43,940 nt of DNA from Candidatus Micrarchaeota archaeon (GCA_964649265.1 CAZYPB010000003.1:1-43940); one strand, 5' to 3'. Shown: positions 18,085-26,997, numbered from the stretch's first letter. A program made the numbers and translations. Notes: generated by a model from the letters alone, not told the origin.

Positions 18085-18602
18085 CGCTTTCTGGCTGTTG
18101 CCTGCTCAAGCATCTTCTTTATGTCATGTCTTCGTACGGGGGCCTTTTCCGTCCTTTTTTCTGGATGCTTTCCTTTGAAAAGGGACTTTTTCTTTTGCTC
18201 ATCCTGTATGTAGACACCTTTTTTGTAGAGAAGTGCTCTTAGATCCACTTTGATTTTGTTTGAATGGGCAATAAGGCCATTCATATTCCCTGCTTCGCAC
18301 AGCTTTACCATTGTTGCAATGTATGTATCGTACTTGTCAATTATTTTCAGGAATTCCTTGTAATGCTTGCCATGGTGCAATCTGTCCACTTCTGCTGTCT
18401 CTTTTTCTAGCATCTCATTAAGTATTGAGATCGTTATCTCCAGGGAGAGTGAGATTGCCTTTCTCTGCGTGCTCCCATGGAGTTCGGCAATTCTGCAATT
18501 TAGTGAAGCAAATGGTTTTCCAAAAGCAGATAATGTACTTGGGAGGTACATTTGAGGGGAATTGGTTTTGAGTTTTTTGGGTTTCACGGAATCCCTTTTC
18601 AT
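18081..18602 (-). CDS. hypothetical helical protein
   Basis: Track ORF extends to 18716, but 18629-18728 is a GC-rich structured element. Start placed at ATG 18602 (alternative ATG 18551, MYLPSTL...). No family recognised. Confidence 0.5.
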   Translation of the reverse strand: MKRDSVKPKKLKTNSPQMYLPSTLSAFGKPFASLNCRIAELHGSTQRKAISLSLEITISILNEMLEKETAEVDRLHHGKHYKEFLKIIDKYDTYIATMVKLCEAGNMNGLIAHSNKIKVDLRALLYKKGVYIQDEQKKKSLFKGKHPEKRTEKAPVRRHDIKKMLEQATARKR

Positions 18603-18628
18603 TTTTTTCTTTGGGGGTGAATTTAAGT

Positions 18629-18728
18629 GGGCGCTGGGAGGGGGGTATGGGGCCGAGTTCTCAAAAGTAAAGCCTAATCTAGGCCTTATAACGCCTATTC
18701 GAGGCCCTCTAGTCATTCCCAGTCGCCC
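18629..18728 (+). ncRNA. candidate structured RNA (~100 nt), weakly 5S-rRNA-like, class unresolved
   Basis: Terminal helix GGGCGCTGGGA (18629-18639) with TCCCAGTCGCCC (18717-18728, one bulge). Helix TATGGGGCC (18646-18654) with GGCCTTATA (18682-18690) has two G-U pairs only on the plus strand. Hairpins GCCT-AATCT-AGGC and GCCT-ATTCG-AGGC. CCGAGTTCTCAAAAGTAAAGCC resembles 5S loop-C CCGAAC..GAAGUUAAGCC. Confidence 0.35.
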
Positions 18729-19038
18729 TGTTCTTAAATTTATAGTCCTAGTATAAAAAGGTTTCTAGGTTTTCTCTTTAAGGGCTTTTTCAGCTGATCT
18801 TACCTCTTGGTTGAAATTAACTCCATCCTGGAATTCCCTGTTGAACCTATTTCTGGCTGTATCTGCATTCCGCATCCAAGAGGAGTGCTTTCCTCTTTGG
18901 TTATTTGTTATTTTCTTTTTCGGTGTTCTGTTATGGCCAAGCATAATGCATCAACTGCTCTAGGGTCAGTAACAGCCCTCCCACGACATTTTATTATGTG
19001 TTTTTTGCTAGTTAAAGCTTCGTATTTTAAGCTTTTTG

Positions 19039-19992
19039 CTAAGAAGAAGGCTTCTCAGGAATCCCCTTAAGTATGCTAAGTGCAGTCTCTATTTTCTTGA
19101 GCAGAAGAACAGACAGGTTTTGGGACCCATAGAACCCAAGTAATGCCCCTATCTCATTCTTATCCTCTTTGCCCATCTCAGAAGAAGAGAGTACACAACC
19201 GCACAATATCCTAGGGTAATTGATGCTTGCCCTTGAAACACTGCTTTTTAATTCAAAGAAATCACTTTTCGCCTGCTCTCTTTCCCCGGATTCAAGAATG
19301 CAGAATGCCTTTATGCTTCTTGCCAAAACATAGGTTCTGTCTGAATAGTTGTTGTCACTTTCAGGGTAAGTTGAGAGAAGCGAACCAAGTACTCCTATTG
19401 CACCGTTTGGTTTACCATCCTTTCGGAGTGCCTCTGCGCGAATCAGTGATACTTCTCCGAATTGTGTTATCTCCTTTGGCGCACTTTCGAAAATCTTCTC
19501 TATTTCCGAGAACTTTCCGCAGGAGTGATAGCAATGCGACATTGCCCTGTAAACAGAGAGGTTAGCGGATTTGTCCCTCACAGCCAGATCGAAAACCTCC
19601 CTTGCCTTTTCTGGTTTCTCTGCCAATTCATATGAGAAGAGCATTGTGTTGTAGATTGTTGGGCATGCTCCCAATCTGGGAACTGCGTCGTCGAAAATTT
19701 CCCGAGCTCTCTCAACTTCTCCTTTTTTGGAATACAGTTTTATAATTGCCCTTAGTGCAGAAATGTGATTTGGGTGAGAAGATAATACTTGAAGAAGAAT
19801 TTTCTCAGCTTTCGGGAGCTCCCATCTGCTCATGTGTTTTTCAGCTGTTTTCACAGAAGCCTCTGGGTTTCGTGAGTTTCCCCAAAAACTCCTGAAAAAA
19901 CCGGATGGGTTGTGGTTTTTCCTTGTTTTACGGTTGTCCCCCCTGGAGTTCATGCCTTTTCCCAAGAACATAGTGAATATATAGGAGTTCAA
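19039..19992 (-). CDS. helical-repeat protein (TPR/PPR-like)
   Basis: 317 aa. Consecutive ~34-35-aa units such as TIYNTMLFSYELAEKPEKAREVFDLAVRDKSANL and SVYRAMSHCYHSCGKFSEIEKIFESAPKEITQFG. Confidence 0.65.
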   Translation of the reverse strand: MNSYIFTMFLGKGMNSRGDNRKTRKNHNPSGFFRSFWGNSRNPEASVKTAEKHMSRWELPKAEKILLQVLSSHPNHISALRAIIKLYSKKGEVERAREIFDDAVPRLGACPTIYNTMLFSYELAEKPEKAREVFDLAVRDKSANLSVYRAMSHCYHSCGKFSEIEKIFESAPKEITQFGEVSLIRAEALRKDGKPNGAIGVLGSLLSTYPESDNNYSDRTYVLARSIKAFCILESGEREQAKSDFFELKSSVSRASINYPRILCGCVLSSSEMGKEDKNEIGALLGFYGSQNLSVLLLKKIETALSILKGIPEKPSS

Positions 19993-20006
19993 AAATTTAT
20001 AAGTAT

Positions 20007-20312
20007 TCAGAAGAAGTAAGAGCTTCTGCAGCGCTCGTTGTGAATCTCATCCTTAATTAGTTTCGAGAGAAGAGATACCTCAGGAACTCCCACAAAAGCA
20101 ACCTTTCCATTTATTGTAAATGCTGGCGTTGAATCAAGGCGGTAGGATTCTGCCATGTTCTCCCCCTCGGGAGTTACTATGCTTACCTCGCGTATGCATA
20201 CTTGTGCCCCATATTTCTTTGTTGTTACTTTTCTAGCTATTTTTACAGCTTTAGGGGAATAGGGGCAATTGGGAGATGTGATCACATTAATATAGATTGG
20301 TTCCATGGTCAC
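20007..20312 (-). CDS. small thioredoxin/glutaredoxin-fold protein with a CxxS site
   Basis: 101 aa. ITSPNCPYSPKAVKIA where archaeal homologs have CPxC, and ...STPAFTINGKVAFVGVP matching the cis-Pro/beta-strand region of the fold. Confidence 0.7.
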   Translation of the reverse strand: MTMEPIYINVITSPNCPYSPKAVKIARKVTTKKYGAQVCIREVSIVTPEGENMAESYRLDSTPAFTINGKVAFVGVPEVSLLSKLIKDEIHNERCRSSYFF

Positions 20313-20353
20313 CAGTAGTATTCTTAAGTGTTTAGTATAAATGTTTTCCGGTT

Positions 20354-20920
20354 TTGTTTGGTGTTTTCATGATAATAGGCCTAACCGGGACATTTGGCGC
20401 TGGAAAAGGAGAGATCTCCAGAATACTTGTTAATTTAAAGTATGTGCACCACTCGTGCTCTGATGTACTTAGGGAGGAGCTGAGGAAACAGGGGGTTGAG
20501 GAGACAATACCCAATCTTGCTGCACTTGGGAACAGGATAAGAGAGGAGCATGGTGCAGGAGAGCTTCCAAGAAGGCTTATAAAAATAATAAGGGATAAGG
20601 GAGAGGGGAAGGCAATTGTCGACTCCATAAGAAGTGTTGGGGAGGTTGAAGAACTGAGAAAAGAGAGGGATTTTGTTCTCTTTTCAGTTGACGCTCCAGT
20701 AAGGATAAGGTATGAGAGAATAAAGAGTAGAGGAAGAGCAGGAGATAACGTGGATTTCGAAGAATTCAGTGAACAGGAAGGTAAGCAGATGAATGGGCAG
20801 GGAAGCAACCAGAACCTAAAAAAATGCATGGAGATGGCTGATTACAGTATAATGAATGATGGAACAATAGAGGATCTTGAGAAAAAGGTTAATGAGATTT
20901 TGAAAAAAGTGGGAGAGTGA
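20354..20920 (+). CDS. P-loop nucleotide kinase (CoaE/UPF0200-like)
   Basis: [15 protein letters not shown]-loop (GKG instead of GK[ST]), [29 protein letters not shown] lid-like segment, [14 protein letters not shown]. Probable start at the second ATG (MIIGLTG). Confidence 0.7.
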   Translation: MFGVFMIIGLTGTFGAGKGEISRILVNLKYVHHSCSDVLREELRKQGVEETIPNLAALGNRIREEHGAGELPRRLIKIIRDKGEGKAIVDSIRSVGEVEELRKERDFVLFSVDAPVRIRYERIKSRGRAGDNVDFEEFSEQEGKQMNGQGSNQNLKKCMEMADYSIMNDGTIEDLEKKVNEILKKVGE

Positions 20921-20924
20921 TTAC

Positions 20925-21425
20925 ATGGGAGATCCATTCAAAAGAAAAGTTAGTAAGAGGCTTAGCTGGGATGAGTATTTTCTTAAAATAGCGTTCCTTG
21001 TTGCTGAAAGATCAACATGCAGAAGGCACCATGTTGGTGCTGTCATTGTTAGGGATAGGAGAGTTCTTACAACAGGTTACAATGGAGCAGCTGCGGGAGT
21101 TAAGGACTGTATTGAGAGGGGGTGCCTGAGGGACGAGCTTGATATCCCGTCTGGAGAAAGGCATGAAGTATGCAGGGCAATACACGCTGAGCAGAATGCA
21201 ATAATACAAGCTGGGTTACATGGGATCTCAATAGAGGGGGCAACTGTTTACTGCACACATTCTCCATGCATACTGTGCGCGAAGATGCTTGTGAATTCAA
21301 GGATAAAGAGATTTGTTACTTCTGGAGAATACCCTGATAAGAACTCATTCGAACTTTTCAGGGAAGCAGGAATCACAATTGACAAAATAGAGAAACCAGA
21401 TTTAGTTATAACCTCACTTGAATAA
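20925..21425 (+). CDS. dCMP deaminase (cytidine/deoxycytidylate deaminase zinc-binding family)
   Basis: [25 protein letters not shown] and PCILCAKML zinc motifs. Confidence 0.9.
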   Translation: MGDPFKRKVSKRLSWDEYFLKIAFLVAERSTCRRHHVGAVIVRDRRVLTTGYNGAAAGVKDCIERGCLRDELDIPSGERHEVCRAIHAEQNAIIQAGLHGISIEGATVYCTHSPCILCAKMLVNSRIKRFVTSGEYPDKNSFELFREAGITIDKIEKPDLVITSLE

Positions 21426-21433
21426 GTGATATT

Positions 21434-21871
21434 ATGAGCTTCATTCACTCAAAAGCAGAAGTGCACAAGAACGCAGTGCTTGGGAAGAATGTTTACGTGA
21501 GTGCATTCGCAGTTATAAATGCAAATGAAGGGAAAGTAGAAATAGGGGATAACACAAGTGTGCAGGAGTGCTGCGTTATCCATGGGGAGAATGTGAGAAT
21601 AGGGAACAACGTGACAGTGGGCCATGGAGCAATAGTGCATGGTGCCGTTGTTGGGAATAATGTTATAATCGGAATGAACTCAACTGTTCTGGACCGTGCT
21701 GAAATAGGGGACTGGTGCATAATAGGTGCAGGAGCTGTTGTAACTGGGAGTTCTAAAATACCCAGTGGAAGCCTTGTTTTGGGAGTGCCAGGGAAAGTTG
21801 TTAGGAAACTAACTGATGAGGATAGGAAGTTCATCGTTTCTTCTTACGAGAACTATCTAAAAAAGCTTTAG
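21434..21871 (+). CDS. left-handed beta-helix (hexapeptide repeat) protein, gamma-carbonic-anhydrase-like
   Basis: 145 aa of hexapeptide repeats (IGDNTSVQECCVIHGENVRIGNNVTVGHGAIVHGAVVGNNVIIGMNSTV). Confidence 0.8.
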   Translation: MSFIHSKAEVHKNAVLGKNVYVSAFAVINANEGKVEIGDNTSVQECCVIHGENVRIGNNVTVGHGAIVHGAVVGNNVIIGMNSTVLDRAEIGDWCIIGAGAVVTGSSKIPSGSLVLGVPGKVVRKLTDEDRKFIVSSYENYLKKL

Positions 21872-23090
21872 ATTCTTTCATTAATTTTATGGCACAGTAA
21901 TTTCCGCACATTGAGCATGCTTTTGTTTTTGTTGCGCGCTCTTCGTACATCTCTCTTGCTTTTCTTGGGTTAACTGATAATGAGAACTGTCTGTTCCAAT
22001 CCAGGTTTGCCCTTGCTTCTGAGAGCTCATCATCGTGTTCCATTGATTTGAATTTCTCTATGTCAGCTGAGTGCGCAGCCAATTTAGCAGCAACAACCCC
22101 ATCAATAATATCATCCATCGTGGGAAGCCCAAGGTGCTCAGCAGGAGTAACCACACATAAGAAATCAGCACCTGCCATTGCAGCTATTGCCCCACCTATT
22201 GCAGAAGTTATGTGGTCATAGCCTGCACCTATATCTGTTGTTATTGGCCCAAGAACATAGTAGGGTGCATTAGAGCATATCCTCTTCTGCAGCCTTACAT
22301 TCTTTTGAATATGTGACAATGGCATATGTCCAGGTCCTTCGCATATAGCTGAAACTCCCATTTTATGTGCCTTTTTAACAAGTTCTCCTTGAATCTTTAG
22401 TTCGTGTATTTGCGCTTTGTCTGATGCATCAGAAAGGCAGCCAGGCCTCAGCGCATCACCAATGCTTATTGCAACATCTGAACCCTTTAGCATTTCAAGA
22501 ATGTAATCGAAATTCGTGTATAGGGGATTCTCCTTGTTGTTTCTAAGCATCCATGAGGCAAGGAAACAACCTCCTCTTGAGACAATTGGAAGTCTCCTTT
22601 TCCAGGAGTAGTTCACTCCGGTTCTAAGAACCGCAGAGTGTATTGTTAGGAAATCAGCTCCTAACTCTATGTGCTTCTCTATTGATTTGAGAATCTCCTC
22701 TTCTGAAACATCTGAGAGTTTTGTGAGTGCCATGTAAACTGGAACAGTGCCGACTGGAACAGTTGATTCTTTTACAAGTGCTTTTAGTGCATCCTCCTGA
22801 TCTGTCATGGATAGATCCATTACCGTATCCGCACCTGACTCTATTGCTGCATTAAGTTTCTCTATCTCTTTCTCAATTCCCCTGTAATCTTGGGACGTAC
22901 CTAAATTAGCATTTATCTTAGTTGAGGCAAGCTCCCCTATTGCAGATGCCTTCTCGCCCTTTCCCACAACAACTGTCCTTCCCTTTGCAACTGATTTTAG
23001 AAGTTTCTTAAGTGGAATGTTTTCCTTCTCTGTAACATCCCTAACCTCATCTGTTGCAACGCCTCTTCTTGCATCAAGTATATGGGTCAT
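21831..23090 (-). CDS. thiC: phosphomethylpyrimidine synthase ThiC
   Basis: 419 aa. TVMDLS, CEGPGHMPL, GPITTDIGAGYDHI, FLCVVTPAEHLGLP, C-terminal Fe-S motif CSMCGNYCAIK. Confidence 0.95.
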   Translation of the reverse strand: MTHILDARRGVATDEVRDVTEKENIPLKKLLKSVAKGRTVVVGKGEKASAIGELASTKINANLGTSQDYRGIEKEIEKLNAAIESGADTVMDLSMTDQEDALKALVKESTVPVGTVPVYMALTKLSDVSEEEILKSIEKHIELGADFLTIHSAVLRTGVNYSWKRRLPIVSRGGCFLASWMLRNNKENPLYTNFDYILEMLKGSDVAISIGDALRPGCLSDASDKAQIHELKIQGELVKKAHKMGVSAICEGPGHMPLSHIQKNVRLQKRICSNAPYYVLGPITTDIGAGYDHITSAIGGAIAAMAGADFLCVVTPAEHLGLPTMDDIIDGVVAAKLAAHSADIEKFKSMEHDDELSEARANLDWNRQFSLSVNPRKAREMYEERATKTKACSMCGNYCAIKLMKESKAFLDSSRKKKR

Positions 23091-23094
23091 GTTT

Positions 23095-23943
23095 TCACCT
23101 TATGAGAGAGACTGATCTCTTGCTCTTGCATATCCTTATGCTTGCATTCATTCCCATCTCATGTATTATCTGTCCATCTATAACAACATCAACAACATCG
23201 TGCTGGTATCTTGAGACTATTTTCACAATTGCCTGAACATCATCCTTCACAAGCATTGGCTTGAACCTCCTTCTGTGAGGTGCAACTGGGACTATCTCAT
23301 AATATCCTTTTTTAGAGAACTCCATCCCGCCTGCAGAGTAAGCATAACCAGTTGAGCCAAGGGGAGTTGAGAATATGACTCCATCTGCCCCGAATGTATA
23401 TTCCTTTTCTCCAAGAGATAGCTGGAATCTGAGCATCCGGTGCCTTGGATTTTTTACGCATATTTCGTTCATTGCTGGCTCTGTTTTGTATTTCCCAATC
23501 TTAGCCTCAAGCATTGGGTGCCCAATTGTCTTTGGGTTCTTTATTGCCTTCAATAGAAGAGGTTCCCAGTTCTCCTTTCTTGCATTGCACAGAAAACTTG
23601 TTTGGCTTCCTATTGCGAACACAGGCATGTTATAAAGCCCCTTGTAGAACAGCAGAGTTCCGTCTCCGCCTATGGTTATTAGAAGATCTGCCTCCTCCTT
23701 TTTGGAAACATCCTTGTATTCCATAAAATATTTCGCATCGTCCCCTATCTCATACTCGGAATCCTTTGAGCGGCTGTAGTATGTGAAGTGGGGTATCTGG
23801 CTCTCCCCCCATTTTGAAAGAAACTTATCCTGCTTATCAACTATAATAACACCGTGTTTCTTCAGGAATGCCTTAACCTCTTCCCTAAGGAGTAGTGCCG
23901 ATTTCTTTGAGGTGTTGTATCTTATCAGTGCTCGCTTTATCAT
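23095..23943 (-). CDS. nadK: NAD kinase
   Basis: LLITIGGDGTLL motif, GVIFSTPLGSTGYAYSAGG. Start placed at the ATG forming an ATGA overlap with the upstream YjbQ stop (23940-23943); the track ORF extends to 24009. Confidence 0.85.
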   Translation of the reverse strand: MIKRALIRYNTSKKSALLLREEVKAFLKKHGVIIVDKQDKFLSKWGESQIPHFTYYSRSKDSEYEIGDDAKYFMEYKDVSKKEEADLLITIGGDGTLLFYKGLYNMPVFAIGSQTSFLCNARKENWEPLLLKAIKNPKTIGHPMLEAKIGKYKTEPAMNEICVKNPRHRMLRFQLSLGEKEYTFGADGVIFSTPLGSTGYAYSAGGMEFSKKGYYEIVPVAPHRRRFKPMLVKDDVQAIVKIVSRYQHDVVDVVIDGQIIHEMGMNASIRICKSKRSVSLIR

Positions 23944-24329
23944 TTTATCACCATACATATTCTCCTTGAGCGTGGGCCATCGAAGTCGCAAAGCATTATG
24001 CTCTGCCATGTCCCAAGAACAAGCTTTCCTTCAGATATTGGGAGAACCTTTCCTGAGTGAAAGAATGCGCTTTTCAGGTGTGCTTCTGCATTGTTATCTA
24101 TACTGTTGTGAGCATAATCGCTCTTTGGGACGAATTCAGAAAAGAACCTTAGGTAATCGCTTTCAAGATTTGGTTCAAATTCCCCAACTATTATTGCAGC
24201 TGTCGCATGAGGGAGATAAACTAAACAATATCCCTCTTTAATTCCGCTCTTTGTAACTGCATCCTCAACAATGCGGGTTATATCAACTATCTCCTGGTGT
24301 GAGGATGTATTTACCGCCGCAGTATACAT
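23940..24329 (-). CDS. YjbQ/UPF0047 family protein (secondary thiamine-phosphate synthase family)
   Basis: 129 aa. EIVDITRIVEDAV, VYLPHATAAIIVGE, NNAEAHLKSAFFHSG..PISEGKLVLGTWQSI..CDFDGPRSR. Confidence 0.85.
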   Translation of the reverse strand: MYTAAVNTSSHQEIVDITRIVEDAVTKSGIKEGYCLVYLPHATAAIIVGEFEPNLESDYLRFFSEFVPKSDYAHNSIDNNAEAHLKSAFFHSGKVLPISEGKLVLGTWQSIMLCDFDGPRSRRICMVIK

Positions 24330-24359
24330 GATATCTAATTATTCAGAAAAGTATAAGAA

Positions 24360-24989
24360 TTAACTATAGGCCGTGAGTTCAGTAAGCACCGTTACGTCGT
24401 CTGTTGTATAAAGAGATTTCACAGGAACCCCTATGCTGTCAGTCATCCAATAGGAGTAAGAAGCATCGCTGCTTTTGAAAGAAAGATCGTATCTCTTAGC
24501 GGTTCCTTTATATGAAGGAACAGAGACCTGCTCTTCCCCTTTGTAATGTATTTGCGGGGCATCCCCTTGGGAGTAGAGTTCAGCTGGGCATGACTCCTCA
24601 ACCTCTATTGACTGTTCTTCATACTGGACAACTGTTTCCCTCTTAACGCATGAGCAGTCATTAAGTGAATCCCATTCCTTTGAAGTTGCATAACTTTTGC
24701 CAGTTGAGATATCGATTATCTCTATTGTTTTCAGAATTGTGCTTACTCCATTCACCTCTCCCCCCGCCTGAGTTGTAAACCTGTGCATTGCTTTCGAAGA
24801 AGATTCTGGCAGGCTTGTTGTTATCTGGTAAGTGAATGAGATATCTGGAACGCATCCGTTCAGCGTTGAGAGAGTGGGAGTATTTCCAGATTCGGTTTTC
24901 TGCCCTTCTGATGAGATCTGTGTTTCAGTCTCAGATGTACAACCTAGAAGTAAAATCAAAAGAAACAACAGAGGAAATATCCTGCTCAT
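24360..24989 (-). CDS. lipoprotein, unknown function
   Basis: Signal peptide with lipobox (IFPLLFLLILLLGC), Ser/Thr-rich linker, no recognised domain. Confidence 0.6.
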   Translation of the reverse strand: MSRIFPLLFLLILLLGCTSETETQISSEGQKTESGNTPTLSTLNGCVPDISFTYQITTSLPESSSKAMHRFTTQAGGEVNGVSTILKTIEIIDISTGKSYATSKEWDSLNDCSCVKRETVVQYEEQSIEVEESCPAELYSQGDAPQIHYKGEEQVSVPSYKGTAKRYDLSFKSSDASYSYWMTDSIGVPVKSLYTTDDVTVLTELTAYS

Positions 24990-25019
24990 GAAAAAATAAT
25001 GATCTCCATATATAATAAA

Positions 25020-26378
25020 TTAACTCATTATCTGGTCAGCTATGTTCTCTGCATCGAATGGGAGCAGGTCATCATATGCTTGGCCTATTCCAAAATAGAG
25101 AATTGGAACTCCTGTTGCCTTTGCGAGTGAGAGGGCTGTTCCTCCTTTTGCATCGCAATCAAGTTTTGTTAGTATTACTCCATCAAGGCCTATTGCACCA
25201 GAGAAGCTTTTCACCTGCTCCACAAGCGCATTCCCCGCTATGCTTTCACCTATGAATATTTTGAAATCAGGCGCAACAACTCTTGAGATCTTTTTCATCT
25301 CGTCAAGTAAGTTTCTGTTTGTCTCCTGTCTCCCTGCACTATCTATGAGAACTACATCTATGTTGTTTGCGCGAGCATAATTGACCGAATCAAAAGCAAC
25401 TGCTGTTGGGTCAGAGCCATACTTATGTTTTATTACGCGTATTCCAAGTTTCTCCCCATGTTTCTCAGCCTGCTCTATTGCAGCTGCCCTGAAAGTGTCA
25501 GAGGCAGAGAAAACGCATGAGAGATTGTTTTTCATAAACATGTTTGCAAGTTTTGCCATTGTGGTCGTCTTTCCAGCTCCATTTGGGCCTATGAGAAGTA
25601 TTTTAACTGGTTTCTCTTTGTTTTTAACTTCAGAGAGCAGATCGATTCCTTCAACTGAAAGAACGTCTATGAGGGATTCCTTTACTGAGTTCTTTATGGA
25701 TGTGCTAAGGGAATTCTTTGGAACTTTCATCCCTATGAGCTTGCTGTTTATGTCCTGAACTATGTGCTCTGCAACTTCAAAAGATACATCTGACTCGAGC
25801 AATGAGAGATTCAGGTTGTCAGTGAGTTCCTTTACGTCGCTTTCCCGTATCTCAACCTCGTTTGATATAAAGCTCCTTACCTTGCTCCCAAGGCTTAGGT
25901 TCACAGAGAAGGGTTTCTTCTCTTCTTTTTTTTCAATTTTGATTGGCCCTGGTTTCTTTTCTTCAACTGGTTTTGGTTGAATTGGTTTGGGTGTTTCCAT
26001 TGGCTTTGGTTCTTTTACTTGTTCAGTTTTTTTCTCCTCTTTTGGAATTTCAACTGATTCTTGTTTTGGAACCTCTTGAGTTATTTCATTTAGCTCGGGT
26101 TCTTTCTTCGGTTCCTCTTTAATCGGTTCTGGTGCAAGCTCTTCTACTGGTTTTTGAGGCCCCTCTTTGATTGGTTCTGAAATGGGTTCAGGTTCCTTTG
26201 GTTCGGGAATAGTTTCAACTGGTGGCTGCTCTTTTGGCTCAATGGGTTGCTCAACTACTGGCGGAGCAGGTTCGTTGGGTGGTTCAGATTTAGGTTCCTC
26301 TGGTTCTTCCTTTTTTTCTGCAATAGAAGAGATGAATGAGTTTAACTTTTTCTTGAGAAGCCCGAACATGACGATCAC
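25020..26378 (-). CDS. ftsY: signal recognition particle receptor FtsY
   Basis: C-terminal NG domain (LIGPNGAGKTTTMAKLA, DTFRAAAIEQ, DSAGRQ, TKLDCDAKGG) preceded by a long Pro/Glu/Lys-rich N-terminal region. Confidence 0.95.
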   Translation of the reverse strand: MIVMFGLLKKKLNSFISSIAEKKEEPEEPKSEPPNEPAPPVVEQPIEPKEQPPVETIPEPKEPEPISEPIKEGPQKPVEELAPEPIKEEPKKEPELNEITQEVPKQESVEIPKEEKKTEQVKEPKPMETPKPIQPKPVEEKKPGPIKIEKKEEKKPFSVNLSLGSKVRSFISNEVEIRESDVKELTDNLNLSLLESDVSFEVAEHIVQDINSKLIGMKVPKNSLSTSIKNSVKESLIDVLSVEGIDLLSEVKNKEKPVKILLIGPNGAGKTTTMAKLANMFMKNNLSCVFSASDTFRAAAIEQAEKHGEKLGIRVIKHKYGSDPTAVAFDSVNYARANNIDVVLIDSAGRQETNRNLLDEMKKISRVVAPDFKIFIGESIAGNALVEQVKSFSGAIGLDGVILTKLDCDAKGGTALSLAKATGVPILYFGIGQAYDDLLPFDAENIADQIMS

Positions 26379-26384
26379 TCAGAA

Positions 26385-26813
26385 TCAGGGGTTTATGAGC
26401 TTCTTTGCTTCTGCATCTAGTTGCTGGATCTTTTTGGATATCTCTATTATGTTGTTCTGGAATTTGTCACGAGTCTGCTCGAGCCTTGCTCTCCTGTCCT
26501 CGAGTATCTGTGCTGCTTCTGAAATCGGCTTCTCCGCTATAACATCCGATCCTATATCTATGAGAACCTTCTCGCTGTCTGTGATCTTTGCCTGTATATG
26601 TGTTCCTGCGCCCAATGGCAGTAGGACCTCCTCGTCCTTAGTGTCCCCTATGCTCTTTAGGGTTCCCTGTGCTGCACCTATCTCATTTATTGTGTCTTGG
26701 ACCGATGCAAGTTGCTGCTGCATAAGCTGCCCCTGCTGCTGGTATGCCTGAATTTCGTATGCGATGCGGTTAAGATCATCCTCGTTTTTGGTCTTCGCCA
26801 TTTTCACCACCAA
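26385..26813 (-). CDS. pfdA: prefoldin alpha subunit
   Basis: 142 aa, coiled coil - beta hairpins - coiled coil layout (VLLPLGAGTHIQAKI...VLIDIGSDVIAEK). Conserved archaeal position between LX and ftsY. Confidence 0.85.
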   Translation of the reverse strand: MVVKMAKTKNEDDLNRIAYEIQAYQQQGQLMQQQLASVQDTINEIGAAQGTLKSIGDTKDEEVLLPLGAGTHIQAKITDSEKVLIDIGSDVIAEKPISEAAQILEDRRARLEQTRDKFQNNIIEISKKIQQLDAEAKKLINP

Positions 26814-26816
26814 GAC

Positions 26817-26993
26817 CTATTTGACTTCCTCAACTTTAATAACCTTGACCTTGGATCTTCTTAGGCCGTGCTTGCTCCCCATATCAGAATACAATCTCTC
26901 GAGTGCTATCTTCCGGGTTTCAGCCTCTATCTCTTTTGAGAATAGTCTTGCCTTTGGTTTTATTTCCATTTTTCCTGTAATTACGAATTTCAT
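26817..26993 (-). CDS. rplX: 50S ribosomal protein LX (eL20)
   Basis: Not in the ORF track (58 aa). My translation: MKFVITGKMEIKPKARLFSKEIEAETRKIALERLYSDMGSKHGLRRSKVKVIKVEEVK*. Matches the LX pattern (...FSKEIEA...A.E..YS.LGSKH...R..I.I..VEEV) and the conserved position upstream of pfdA. Confidence 0.8.
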   Translation of the reverse strand: MKFVITGKMEIKPKARLFSKEIEAETRKIALERLYSDMGSKHGLRRSKVKVIKVEEVK

Positions 26994-26997
26994 ACTA

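Noticed and set aside
18765-19036. 36-aa minus-strand ORF (18765-18875), hairpin plus T-rich tract at 18876-18925, and AAGCTT-N8-AAGCTT hairpin near 19013-19036
   Set aside because: The hairpins are terminator-like on the plus strand, but no confident plus-strand gene ends there. The mini-ORF has no support beyond being open.
25900-26340. Repetitive-looking DNA (recurrent ggttc/ttttgg units) that could be mistaken for a tandem or CRISPR-like repeat
   Set aside because: It is the coding sequence for the Pro/Glu/Lys-rich N-terminal region of FtsY, read on the minus strand. The units are imperfect, with no repeat-spacer periodicity.
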